A stretch of DNA of 64,000 nt from an uncultured delta proteobacterium. Its GTDB lineage: Bacteria > Myxococcota_A > Polyangia > Haliangiales > Haliangiaceae. The position numbers and the translations under genes are program-made. Of this stretch, positions 27,113-37,452 are shown in pieces. The notes under the pieces were generated by a model. That model was not told the DNA's origin, made no database searches, and was given only the letters and a program-made list of their open reading frames with translations. The first letter of the stretch is position 1. Every line of letters starts with the position of its first letter. The stretch is taken from NCBI GenBank assembly GCA_963848295.1, contig CAWKDB010000010.1, forward strand, positions 3,648,001 to 3,712,000, written 5' to 3'.

Positions 27113-29752
27113 ATGCGCGCCGCCTTCGTCCTGACCGTCGCGGTCGCGTGCGCGCCGGCGGTCGCGCCGGATCCGGTCGCGCCACGTCCGGTCACGAGTG
27201 ATCCGCCGCCGCCGGGCCTGCGCTTGCCACGCGACGTCGTGCCGGTTCGCTACGCGCTCGAGCTGACGATCGCGCCGGACAGCACGCGCGCCGCCGGCGC
27301 GGTCGCGATCGCCGCGACCGTCGTGAAGCCGGCGCGAGTCGTCTGGCTGAACGCGAGCGAGCTCGACATCACGCACGCCACGCTCGCCGGCCACGCGGTC
27401 CGCGTGATCCACGGCGCCGACGTGATCGGGCTCGTCGCCGACACCGAGCTCCCGGTCGGGCCGCTCGCGGTCGCCGTGGCGTTCACCGCAAAGATCGATC
27501 ACGAACGCAGCCGCGGCATCTACGCCGAAGCCGAAGGCGGCGCGACCTACGCCTACACGTACTTCGAGCCCCTCGACGCGCGGCGTGCGTTTCCGTGCTT
27601 CGACGAGCCTGCGTTCAAGGTGCCCTGGCAGATCACGTTGCACGTCGCGCGCGATCACGTCGCGCTCGGCAACGCGCCGGTCGTCCGCGAGGTCGACGAG
27701 CCGAACGGGATGAAGCGAGTCGAGCTCGCCGAGTCTGAGCCGCTGCCGAGCTATCTCGTCGCGTTCGTCGTCGGGCCGTTCGACGTGGTCGACGGCGGGA
27801 AGACCGGCCGGGCCGGAACGCCGATTCGCTTCATCGTGCCGAAGGGCCGCGCGGGCGAGCTCGGCTGGGCAGAGCGCACGACGCCGCCGATCGTCGCCGC
27901 GCTCGAGGATTACTTCGCGATGCCCTATCCGTACCGCAAGCTCGATGTCGCGATCGTGCCGCGCTACTGGGGCACGATGGAGCATCCCGGGATCGTCGCG
28001 ATGGGCCAGTCGCTCGCGCTGATCCGGCCCGAGCAGGCGACGTTCGAACGCCGGCTCGGCTACACCGATATCCTCGCGCACGAGCTCGCGCACTACTGGT
28101 TCGGCGACTACGTGACGCTCGCGTGGTGGGACGACACGTGGCTCAACGAAGCGCTCGGCGAATGGATGGACATGACCATCACGGACTCGGTCGAGCCGAG
28201 CTGGCGCTATCGCGATCGCCGCGTCGAGCTCGCGAACCGCGCGATGCTCGCGGACGAGACGACGACGGCGCGGGCGATGCGCCGGCCGGTGATGACCCGC
28301 GAGGCGGTCGAACGCTCGTTCGACGCCGACATCACCTACTACAAGGGCGCCTCGGTGATCCGGATGTTCGAGGCGTTCGTCGGCCGCGAGGCATGGCGGA
28401 CGTTCATCTCGCATTATCTCGCCGCGCACGCGTGGGGCAATGCGACCGGCGACCAGTTCTTCGCGCAGATGGCGACCGATCTCGGCGCGCAAATCGCGAC
28501 CGCGTTCCAGACGTTCGTGACCCAGCCCGGTGTGCCGGCGATCAGCGTTGTCGTGAAGTGCGCGGGCCACGGCGCCACGATCGCCTTGCACCAGCAGCAA
28601 TCGCTGCCCGCGGGCGCGCCGGCGACGGAGCGGCAATGGCACGTGCCGGTGTGCGTGCGCGCCGGCGACGGCGCGTTCAGCACGCGCACGTGCGTCGAGC
28701 TCGACGCGGCCGGAGTCGAGCTGCCGGTCCAGGCTTGCCCGACCTGGGTGATCGCGAACGATGGCAACGGCTACTATCGCTCGTCGGTCGATCCCGCGAT
28801 CGCGGCGGCGCTGCTCGATCCGACGTCGCGCGTCGCCAAGGCTGCGAGACCGACCGCGGCCGAGCTCACGATGTTGATCGCCGACCTGCGCGCGATGGTC
28901 GAGCGCGACGAGCTCCCGATCGACAAGCTGCTCGCGCTCGCACCGACGATCGCGGGAGCCAGCGATCCGCATGTCGCGAGCTGGGCCGAGCACGCGATCG
29001 AGCCTCGGGCGGCTTGGCTCGACGAGCCGCTGTACCAAGCATCACGGCGCTGGCGGCTCCGGGCGTTCGGCAAGACCGCGCGTGCTCTCGGTTGGCGACG
29101 CGCGAGCACCGACGACGATCTGCGCGAGCAGCTGCGGCGCGTGATCGTGCCGTTCGTCGCGTCGGTCGATCCGTCGCTCGCGAATGAGGCCGGTGCGCTC
29201 GCCGATCGCTGGATCGCGTCGCACGACGGTGTCGCCGACGATCTCGTCGATGGCGCGCTCGCGGTGGCGGCCGAGCACGGCGATGCGGCGCGGTTCGAGC
29301 GCTATCTGGCCGCAGCCCGAGCGGCGCGCACTCACGAGGACCGCCAGCGCATCCTGACCGCGCTCGCGTCGTTCCGCGACCCGGCCCTCGTCGACCGCGC
29401 GCTCGCGCTCACGCTCGATCACGCGTTCGATCTGCGCGATGCGTATCCGATCATCACGTCCGCGGTCGGCATCCGCGAGAATCGCGACCGGGTCATCGCG
29501 TTCCTGACGCGACACCTCGACGAGCTACTCGCCGGGCTTCGCTCCGACGAGGCGAGCTGGCTGCTCGGCACGGTCGCCGAGGCGAGCTGCGATCGCGACC
29601 ACCACGATCGCCTGAGCGCGTGGCTCGTGCCGCGCGCGGCGAGGATCGACGGCGCCGCCGCGACGGTCGCTCGCGGCCTCGAGCGTGGCGAGACCTGCAT
29701 CGCCGCGCTCGCCCGCGAGCTCCCCGGTCTGCGCCGAGCGTTCACGCCGTAA
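27113..29752 (+). CDS. M1-family aminopeptidase with ERAP1-like C-terminal domain
   Basis: ARRAFPCFDEP, GTMEH (GAMEN variant), HELAHYWFG...WLNE, YYKG. Confidence 0.93.
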   Translation: MRAAFVLTVAVACAPAVAPDPVAPRPVTSDPPPPGLRLPRDVVPVRYALELTIAPDSTRAAGAVAIAATVVKPARVVWLNASELDITHATLAGHAVRVIHGADVIGLVADTELPVGPLAVAVAFTAKIDHERSRGIYAEAEGGATYAYTYFEPLDARRAFPCFDEPAFKVPWQITLHVARDHVALGNAPVVREVDEPNGMKRVELAESEPLPSYLVAFVVGPFDVVDGGKTGRAGTPIRFIVPKGRAGELGWAERTTPPIVAALEDYFAMPYPYRKLDVAIVPRYWGTMEHPGIVAMGQSLALIRPEQATFERRLGYTDILAHELAHYWFGDYVTLAWWDDTWLNEALGEWMDMTITDSVEPSWRYRDRRVELANRAMLADETTTARAMRRPVMTREAVERSFDADITYYKGASVIRMFEAFVGREAWRTFISHYLAAHAWGNATGDQFFAQMATDLGAQIATAFQTFVTQPGVPAISVVVKCAGHGATIALHQQQSLPAGAPATERQWHVPVCVRAGDGAFSTRTCVELDAAGVELPVQACPTWVIANDGNGYYRSSVDPAIAAALLDPTSRVAKAARPTAAELTMLIADLRAMVERDELPIDKLLALAPTIAGASDPHVASWAEHAIEPRAAWLDEPLYQASRRWRLRAFGKTARALGWRRASTDDDLREQLRRVIVPFVASVDPSLANEAGALADRWIASHDGVADDLVDGALAVAAEHGDAARFERYLAAARAARTHEDRQRILTALASFRDPALVDRALALTLDHAFDLRDAYPIITSAVGIRENRDRVIAFLTRHLDELLAGLRSDEASWLLGTVAEASCDRDHHDRLSAWLVPRAARIDGAAATVARGLERGETCIAALARELPGLRRAFTP

Positions 29753-29829
29753 AACTGCGACACGTGCGACGGCTGCGACAAGCAAACGTCGTCGTAGATC
29801 GGTTCGTCCGCGCGTGCTAACGAACCCGC

Positions 29830-31947
29830 ATGCGCATCGCTGCATCGCTGTTGTTTCTCGCCGCTGCTTGCGGTTCGAGCAAGCCGACCTCGACCACGCC
29901 GGGACCCACGCCCGAGCCAAGGCCGGCCGATACCGGTGGCTCGATCGCGAAGGGCGCGCCAGACGCCCTGGTGCAACCCGCGAAGCCGGTGACGAACAAG
30001 TCGCTGTCCGCGGTCGGACTCGATCCCGACGCGCTCGATCGCACCGCCGATCCTTGCGACGACTTCTATCAGTTCGCGTGCGGCGGTTGGGTCGCGAAGA
30101 CCGAGATCCCGGCGGACAAGCCGCTCGCGATGCGCAGCTTCGTCTCGATCGCCGATCGCAACCTCGACTACGAGCACGGCATCCTGGAGCAGGCGCGGAC
30201 GAACCCCGGCCAGGACAAGCTGCTCCAGCAACTCGGCGCGTTCTACGGCTCGTGCATGGACGAGGCGACGATCGCGAAGCAGGGGCTCAGGCCGATCCAG
30301 CCGATGCTCGCTACGATCGCGAGAGTCAAAGATGCGAAGTCGCTGTCCGCGGCGGTCGCCGCCCTGCATACCGACGGCATCGACGCGCTGTTCAATCTCT
30401 CGCAGACTCAAGACCCGGGCGATGCGCGCAGCGTGATCGCAGGGATCGACCAGGGCGGCATCGGTCTACCCGATCGCGACTACTTCCTCAAAGACGACAA
30501 GAAGATGGTCGAGGTCCGCGCGGCGTATCAAGACTACGTCGCGAAGTTGCTCGCCGAATCAGGCGACAGGACATCGGCCAAGGACGCGGCGGACGTGATC
30601 GCGCTCGAGACCGAGATCGCGAAGGTGTCGAAGGACAAGGTCGCGCGTCGCGATCCGAAGGGGACGTACAACAAGATCGACCGCGACGGCGTCGCGAAAG
30701 CGATGAGCCACTTCGATTGGAACGGCTTCTGGAAGACGCTGAACCTCGCGACGGTCAAGGACGTCACGGTGACCTCGCCCGAGTTCCTCGCGGGGGTCGA
30801 CGCGCTGATCGTCAGCACGAAGCCGGCGGTGTGGCGCAACTACCTGACCGCGACCGTCTTGCGCGCGACCGCGCCGTTCCTGACGAAGAAGCTCGACGAT
30901 CTGCGCTTCGCGTTCCGCTCGAAGCTGACCGGCCAGCAAGCGCAAGAGCCGCGCTGGAAGCGCTGTACCGAGTGGACCGACGGCGACCTCGGCGATCTGC
31001 TCGGTCAGGTGTTCGTGCGCGACAAGTTCGGCGGCGCGAGCAAGTCGGCGGCTGAAGATGAGGTCCACGCGATCGTCGCGTCGATGACCGCGAACCTCGC
31101 GGCGCTGCCGTGGATGGATCCGGCGACACGCAAGAAGGCGCTCGAGAAGCTCGACGTCATGACGTATCAGATCGGCTTCCCGAAGAAGTGGCGCAGCTAC
31201 GACTTCAAGGTCGATCCGAAGCAGTTCGCGCATAATGACCTCGTGGCGAGCCGCGCCGAGCACGCGCGCCAGCTCGCGAAGATCGGCAAGCCGGTCGACA
31301 AGGACGATTGGCAGATGTCGGCGCCGACGGTGAACGCGTATTACGATCCGCAGCTCAACGGCATGGTGTTTCCGGCCGGCATCCTGCAACCGCCGTTCTA
31401 CAGCGTCGAGTCGTCGACTCCGGTGAACCTGGGCGCGATGGGCATGGTCGTCGGCCACGAGCTCACGCACGGCTTCGACGATCAGGGTGCGCAGTACGAC
31501 GCGAACGGCAACCTGGCGAACTGGTGGCTGGCCGAGACCGAGAAGCTGTTCAAGCAGCGCACCCAGTGCGTCATCGATCAATACAGCGAGTATCCCGTGC
31601 CGGGCGGCGGCAAGGTCAACGGCCACAACACGCTCGGCGAGAACATCGCCGACATCGGCGGCTTGAAGCTCGCGTTCACCGCGTATCGCGCGCTGCGCTC
31701 GAGCGCGCCCGACACCGTCGTGGCCGACGGCTTCACCGAGGATCAGCAGTTCTTCCTCAGCTTCGGCCAGGCATGGTGCGCGAAGCTGCGGCCGGACTAC
31801 GAGCAGATGCTCGCGACCGTCGACGTTCACTCGCCGGCTCGCTGGCGGGTCAACGGTGGTCTGAGCGCGACGCCGGCCTTCGCCAAGGCGTTCCGCTGCA
31901 AAGCCGGCTCGAAGATGGCGCCCGCGAACGCGTGCGTCGTCTGGTAG
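29830..31947 (+). CDS. M13-family metallopeptidase (neprilysin/PepO-like), lipoprotein
   Basis: Lipobox AAAC; PCDDFYQFACG, VNAYY, HELTHGFDDQG, GENIAD. Confidence 0.95.
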   Translation: MRIAASLLFLAAACGSSKPTSTTPGPTPEPRPADTGGSIAKGAPDALVQPAKPVTNKSLSAVGLDPDALDRTADPCDDFYQFACGGWVAKTEIPADKPLAMRSFVSIADRNLDYEHGILEQARTNPGQDKLLQQLGAFYGSCMDEATIAKQGLRPIQPMLATIARVKDAKSLSAAVAALHTDGIDALFNLSQTQDPGDARSVIAGIDQGGIGLPDRDYFLKDDKKMVEVRAAYQDYVAKLLAESGDRTSAKDAADVIALETEIAKVSKDKVARRDPKGTYNKIDRDGVAKAMSHFDWNGFWKTLNLATVKDVTVTSPEFLAGVDALIVSTKPAVWRNYLTATVLRATAPFLTKKLDDLRFAFRSKLTGQQAQEPRWKRCTEWTDGDLGDLLGQVFVRDKFGGASKSAAEDEVHAIVASMTANLAALPWMDPATRKKALEKLDVMTYQIGFPKKWRSYDFKVDPKQFAHNDLVASRAEHARQLAKIGKPVDKDDWQMSAPTVNAYYDPQLNGMVFPAGILQPPFYSVESSTPVNLGAMGMVVGHELTHGFDDQGAQYDANGNLANWWLAETEKLFKQRTQCVIDQYSEYPVPGGGKVNGHNTLGENIADIGGLKLAFTAYRALRSSAPDTVVADGFTEDQQFFLSFGQAWCAKLRPDYEQMLATVDVHSPARWRVNGGLSATPAFAKAFRCKAGSKMAPANACVVW

Positions 31948-33018
31948 TCAGCTCGACGTCGCGGCGAGCACGATCGGATCGGCGAGCTTGATCGCGGCGA
32001 CCTTCGAGCTCGGCTCGGCACCGGCGAACGCCCGGCTGACGAGCTCGCCGAGCGGGCGGCGCGGCTTGCGATTGTCGACGCAGGCCTGGGCAAGGGCGCG
32101 GACGAGCGGATCGCCGGGCAGCTCGATCGGCCCGGGCTTCAGCACCGCCGGATCGTCCCAGCGCGCGATCGCGTGCATCATCGCGGCTTGCTCCGACCAG
32201 ATCGTCGTCAGTTCTTGCAGACCGAGCGTACGCCGCGCGAGCCGCTCGCCGAGCGCCGCGAAGCCGAGCCACGCCAGCCACATCCGGGCGAGCGCGCCGC
32301 GCGAGTAGTGGCGCGGTCCGAACAGCTCGTTGAAGCGCAGCGAAGGCGTGAGCTGCAAGGCCGCGGCGAGCGTGGCGGGCTCGGGCGCGGCCCAAGCGAT
32401 ACCGACGAGCTCGGTGAATCCGGCCAGGTCGCGCTCGCCGCCGCCTTGGGCCGCGAACGTCGCATCGAGATCCGCGCCGGCGAAGATCGCCTCGGCGATC
32501 GCCTGCTCGCGCGCGAACAGGGCGTCGTCGGCGGGGAGCGACGTGCCGATGATCGCGGGGTCTTGGATCGAGGCGATCTCGGCGAGCACGTCGGCGTGGG
32601 TCGCGCCATCGCGGTTCGGCGCGAGCGCGAGCGGGCAGATCACGCTGTTGAAGTCGACGATCATATAGCTGCCGGCGCGAAACACCCGGTTGAACGGGAA
32701 CAACCGGCACGACGCGGGCTTCGCGGCCCGGCCGTCTTCGACCTCGACGCGGCACAGCCCGTCGTCGGCGAGGAACCAGCAACGGTCGCGCGGGCTGAAC
32801 GCGGTCACGGCGTCGCCGCGCTTGCGCACGAACGCGGCGAGCTCGGGCCGGCGGGCGACGAGCGCAACGAGCTGGCCGCCGACCGCATCGAGGCCGATGC
32901 CGAGGCCTTTGCAGCACGCACCGCACCCGCGGCAGTCATAACGAAATCCGCGATCCGGCCACGTGAAGTACGTGGTTGGCGGTGCGGCTGCGCCCTCGGT
33001 CTTCCCTGCCGCCATCAC
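31948..33018 (-). CDS. YkgJ-family (CxxCxxCC) cysteine-cluster protein with C-terminal extension
   Basis: CRGCGACC...CWFLADDGLC...KPASCRLFPF...CP. Confidence 0.8.
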   Translation of the reverse strand: MMAAGKTEGAAAPPTTYFTWPDRGFRYDCRGCGACCKGLGIGLDAVGGQLVALVARRPELAAFVRKRGDAVTAFSPRDRCWFLADDGLCRVEVEDGRAAKPASCRLFPFNRVFRAGSYMIVDFNSVICPLALAPNRDGATHADVLAEIASIQDPAIIGTSLPADDALFAREQAIAEAIFAGADLDATFAAQGGGERDLAGFTELVGIAWAAPEPATLAAALQLTPSLRFNELFGPRHYSRGALARMWLAWLGFAALGERLARRTLGLQELTTIWSEQAAMMHAIARWDDPAVLKPGPIELPGDPLVRALAQACVDNRKPRRPLGELVSRAFAGAEPSSKVAAIKLADPIVLAATSS

Positions 33019-33058
33019 CCTTCCTCTCAGTCCGCTTTCGCGCTCCGCGCTCCGCGGC

Positions 33059-34195
33059 CTACTCGTCGTCGCCGACGTCTTTGCTGCGGCGCTGCACGTT
33101 CGCCGCGCGCGCGAGCTCTTTGTAGATCCGGCCGACGCGCTCGACCTGGCCCTTCGCCGGAAACCGCTCGTAGAACCCTTCGCCGCGGAACTGGCGACCG
33201 AGCTCGCCCCACGGCGCGAGCCGACGCGCCCAGCGCTTGACGCGATCGTCCGGATCCGGATCCTCGGCGACGAGATCCGCGCACACCCGCAGCATCGCCT
33301 TGAGCGTCACCGGCCGCGTCACCATCGACGCCGAATGGCCCCACGCTTCGCCCCACGCCTTCTCGGCCGCGCGCAGGAAGTCGCGCACGACCTCGTAGTG
33401 CTTCTCGGCTTCGCGCTGCCAGCTCGGCCGCTTCTTGATCTTCTTCCAGTCGGTGAGCGCCCAGCGATGGATCTCGTTGAACAGCTCGGCCTGGAGGATC
33501 CACTTCTCCTGCTTGCTGCGGCCGCCGAGGCGATTGATCTTGTAGCGCAGCGGGCTATCGCCCTCGCGATAGAGGTGATCGACGACGCGCGCTGCATACT
33601 TCTTGTCGGGCGCGGCCCACGACACCTTCTCGTACAAGTCGATCAGGTGGGACTTGTTGATCCGGGTCGGCGTCGAGTTGATGATGACGAACATCTCGGT
33701 CGCGAAGTCTTCGCTCTTGCCGTCGAAGATCACGCATGGCACGTGCATCGTCTTCGCGTCGTCGGGACGCTCGTTCCTGAAGAAGTGCAGCGCGGCGAGC
33801 CGATGCTGGCCGTCGATGATCAGATACTTGCCGCGCGGCTCGGTGAGATTTCCGACGTTCGCGAACGGCTTGACCGGATCGAACTTGAGCCGCTCCTCGG
33901 TGAACAGCAGCACCGTGCCCGGGATCGGCGGCTGGCTCGCGGCGGTCTCGTAGAAGTTCTTGATCGCGGTGACCTTCGCGCGTGACAGCTCGCGCTGAAA
34001 CGCCGCGTCGGTCGACTCGATCTTCGAGATAAACGTGGCGACCTCGTCGCTCGCCTCGACCTCGTCCGCCGCCAGGCTCGGCGCGCCTTCCGCGTAGAAC
34101 CGGTGGATGAACCGCGCCTTGTCGAGGAGGTCCTCGGCCGGGTAGGCGCAGAAATAGAACACGCTGTCCTTCTGTCGGATCTGGGTCGCCAGCAC
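33059..34195 (-). CDS. DGQHR-domain protein (DndB-like, ParB/Srx superfamily)
   Basis: FQRELSRAKV, IIDGQHRLAAL, EMFVIINST. Confidence 0.9.
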   Translation of the reverse strand: MLATQIRQKDSVFYFCAYPAEDLLDKARFIHRFYAEGAPSLAADEVEASDEVATFISKIESTDAAFQRELSRAKVTAIKNFYETAASQPPIPGTVLLFTEERLKFDPVKPFANVGNLTEPRGKYLIIDGQHRLAALHFFRNERPDDAKTMHVPCVIFDGKSEDFATEMFVIINSTPTRINKSHLIDLYEKVSWAAPDKKYAARVVDHLYREGDSPLRYKINRLGGRSKQEKWILQAELFNEIHRWALTDWKKIKKRPSWQREAEKHYEVVRDFLRAAEKAWGEAWGHSASMVTRPVTLKAMLRVCADLVAEDPDPDDRVKRWARRLAPWGELGRQFRGEGFYERFPAKGQVERVGRIYKELARAANVQRRSKDVGDDE

Positions 34196-34227
34196 GGCGC
34201 CACTTTAGACCAGGATCGGCGCCAAGA

Positions 34228-36639
34228 TCAGTCGAGGTCCCAGTCGATGTCGGAAATGCTGCGATCATTTCTGATATCGACGGTCCGCGTCCGCTCATCC
34301 CCGCGTGCGGGCGCCGGGGCGGGCCGGTTGTTGCGCTCGATCTGGGCCATGCCGTCCATGTTCGAGGCCCGAGTCGCTTCGTTGTCGTCGAACGACGTGC
34401 TGCGCAACGGCGCGATCTCGGTCGGCGGCGCGTTGGACAGGAACTTGGGCTCCGAGGCGGCGCGCTTGGCCTCTTCGTCGAGCAACCGCGGGTCGATCTC
34501 GCCCATCCGGGTCGGCTCGTCGAACTGCGAGCTCGTCTGGCCCGGCCCGGGGGCAGCGCGCAGCGCGGCGAGCAACTCGTTATCGTTGACCTGGCGGGTC
34601 GCCTCGTCGCCAAACGGCGGCGGGACCTGCCGGCGGCCGGCCCCCCGCGGCACCGGCGGCGGCGCGGTCGTGGGCTTGCTGCGGGCGCCGGGAGGCGGGG
34701 CAGGTGGCTTCGCGCGGCTCGCCGGGGGTGCGTTGGTCGGGCGCTTGCCGCGCCGCGAGTTCGCCTGGGCGAGGCCGACCACGACCGCGGGGGTCGCCGG
34801 CACGTCCGGGCGGCCGGGAGCGGGTGGCGCCGCGGGCTCGTCATCGAAGTCGAAGTCGTACGCCGGCGGCGGCGGCGCCGAGCCGATGAACACCTGCGAG
34901 TCTTCGTCCGCGAGGCGGCCACCCTCGTCGCGCAGCATGCGCAGGATGCGAGTGCGCTCGCCGGCGGACAGCGCATCTCGCCGACCGTGACCCGTGTGCT
35001 GGCCGCGCGATTGCTTCGCGAACTCGGACAGCGGCACCGGGGCGTCGAACTTCTTGCCCTTGCCGGCGGAGCGCTCGGTCTTGACCGGCAGCGGCGTCAT
35101 CACCGACATCTGCGAGCCCGCGCGATCGGGGCGGAAGATGCTCGTCGCGGAGCGCAGCCACTTGCGCGGACCGCTCGCGGCCGGCTGACCACCGGTCGGG
35201 CTGCGAGACGGCGCGCGTGCCGGCGCCGGACCGACGCTGCCACCGAGCGCTTGCGCAGCGGCGCGGGCGGCGTCCTCCGGGCACTCGATCGCGCGCGGTA
35301 CGAACTTGCGCACGAGGTCGTCGGTCTTGCCGAGCTGGTACTGGTGCGGCCGCTCGACGAATCGAATCCCCATCTTCTCGAGCCACTGCACCGGCGGGTC
35401 CGCGCCGATCAGGACGAACGCGCCTTCGTTCGGATAGCGCTTCTGCGTCCCGTCGGCGAGCGCGAGCGTCACCGAGTCGGGATCGAATTGCAGCACCTGC
35501 GAGCCGAGCTTCGCCTTGACCCGACCTTCGGACGAGTACTGCTCGATCGTCTGCTTGTTCTTCGGCTGCGCGCGAGAGAACGCCTTGCCGCGATACGAGA
35601 TGATGACCTTCGCGCCGGCATCGGCGAGTGCGAGCGCCGCTTCGACCGCGCTGTCGCCGCCGCCGACTACGATCACGTTGCGGCCTTGCCAATCGTCGGG
35701 ATCGTCGAGCAGGCTCGACACCTTCGGCAGGTTCTCGCCCTGGACTTGCAACGTGCGCGGCTTACCGCGCGTACCGATCGACAGCACGACGCGTTGCGCG
35801 CGATACGCCGCGACCGTGGTGCGCAGGTCGAAGCCGCCGAGCGGCGACGGCTTGACGTCCTCGACCGACTCGCCTTGCTTGATCTTCAAGCCGACGCGAT
35901 CGATCAGCTCTTTCCAGATCGGGATGAGCTGCTCCTTGCTGGAGTCGAACACCGGCAGCAGCGAGACGTTCTCGCTCTCGTACGGCTCGGCCATCACGAG
36001 CTTGCCCTTGGGATAACGCGCGATCGTCGACGCGATCAGCTGCTCTTTCTCGAGCACGACGTACGACAGCCCGCGCTGGATGCACGACAGCGCGGCCGAC
36101 AAGCCACCCGGACCGGAGCCGACGATCGCGACGTCGACGCCGATGCCGGCGCCGATCACACCGGGCTGTAGGCCGGTCGACAGCATGTGCTCGATCACCG
36201 CGCGGCCGAGGTTCGCGGCGCTCTTCACGAGCGGCTTGCCGGCGACTTCGCCGATCAAGTATTGGCCGGGCACCGCGGTCTGAAAGTGCTCGTCGATCTC
36301 GGGCACCATCAACGGCGGCGGGACGTTGCCCTCGGGGAACATCACGAGCGCCTCGGTCGGGCACGCGAACATGCACGCCTCGCACTGGATGCAGTCCTCG
36401 AACCGCAACACGCGGCTCTTGTTCGCGACCAGGTCGAGCACGTTCGTGGGGCAGACCGCGACGCAGGCATCGCAGCCGGTGCAGCGGTCGTCGTTGATGT
36501 CGTGGACGAGGATCTGCGGGCCCACGACCGCCGCGGGAGCGACGTGTGCAGAATGGCGCCGGCGCGCCTGCAGCATCGTGAACGTCGCCATCAAGAGGAC
36601 AGCGAAGCCCCCGAGCGCCAAGGGGACGACCCAGGTCAC
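34228..36639 (-). CDS. Membrane-anchored 2x[4Fe-4S] ferredoxin / thioredoxin-reductase-like FAD-NAD(P)H oxidoreductase with long low-complexity tail
   Basis: N-terminal TM helix; CTGCDACVAVCP and CIQCEACMFACP; GSGPGG; GGGDSA; Pro/acidic tail. Confidence 0.88.
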   Translation of the reverse strand: MTWVVPLALGGFAVLLMATFTMLQARRRHSAHVAPAAVVGPQILVHDINDDRCTGCDACVAVCPTNVLDLVANKSRVLRFEDCIQCEACMFACPTEALVMFPEGNVPPPLMVPEIDEHFQTAVPGQYLIGEVAGKPLVKSAANLGRAVIEHMLSTGLQPGVIGAGIGVDVAIVGSGPGGLSAALSCIQRGLSYVVLEKEQLIASTIARYPKGKLVMAEPYESENVSLLPVFDSSKEQLIPIWKELIDRVGLKIKQGESVEDVKPSPLGGFDLRTTVAAYRAQRVVLSIGTRGKPRTLQVQGENLPKVSSLLDDPDDWQGRNVIVVGGGDSAVEAALALADAGAKVIISYRGKAFSRAQPKNKQTIEQYSSEGRVKAKLGSQVLQFDPDSVTLALADGTQKRYPNEGAFVLIGADPPVQWLEKMGIRFVERPHQYQLGKTDDLVRKFVPRAIECPEDAARAAAQALGGSVGPAPARAPSRSPTGGQPAASGPRKWLRSATSIFRPDRAGSQMSVMTPLPVKTERSAGKGKKFDAPVPLSEFAKQSRGQHTGHGRRDALSAGERTRILRMLRDEGGRLADEDSQVFIGSAPPPPAYDFDFDDEPAAPPAPGRPDVPATPAVVVGLAQANSRRGKRPTNAPPASRAKPPAPPPGARSKPTTAPPPVPRGAGRRQVPPPFGDEATRQVNDNELLAALRAAPGPGQTSSQFDEPTRMGEIDPRLLDEEAKRAASEPKFLSNAPPTEIAPLRSTSFDDNEATRASNMDGMAQIERNNRPAPAPARGDERTRTVDIRNDRSISDIDWDLD

Positions 36640-36673
36640 CGGCTAAGGATACCCGATTCAGTTGCCACGTGCG

Positions 36674-37378
<705 letters not shown>

Positions 37379-37452
37379 AGCGCCGTAGTCTACTCCGAGG
37401 TGGGAGATGTGCGCTGCGCGCGTTCCGGGGTGCGCGTGTTACTGTGGTCGAG

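Noticed and set aside
25802..29038. Very long antisense ORFs (also 57806..60637, 17767..19749, 38100..40067)
   Set aside because: Shadow frames of well-supported genes on the opposite strand, expected in high-GC DNA; Arg-rich with no recognisable motifs.
33059..34195. Complete Dnd phosphorothioation system
   Set aside because: No dndA, dndC, dndD, dndE or restriction genes are in the window.
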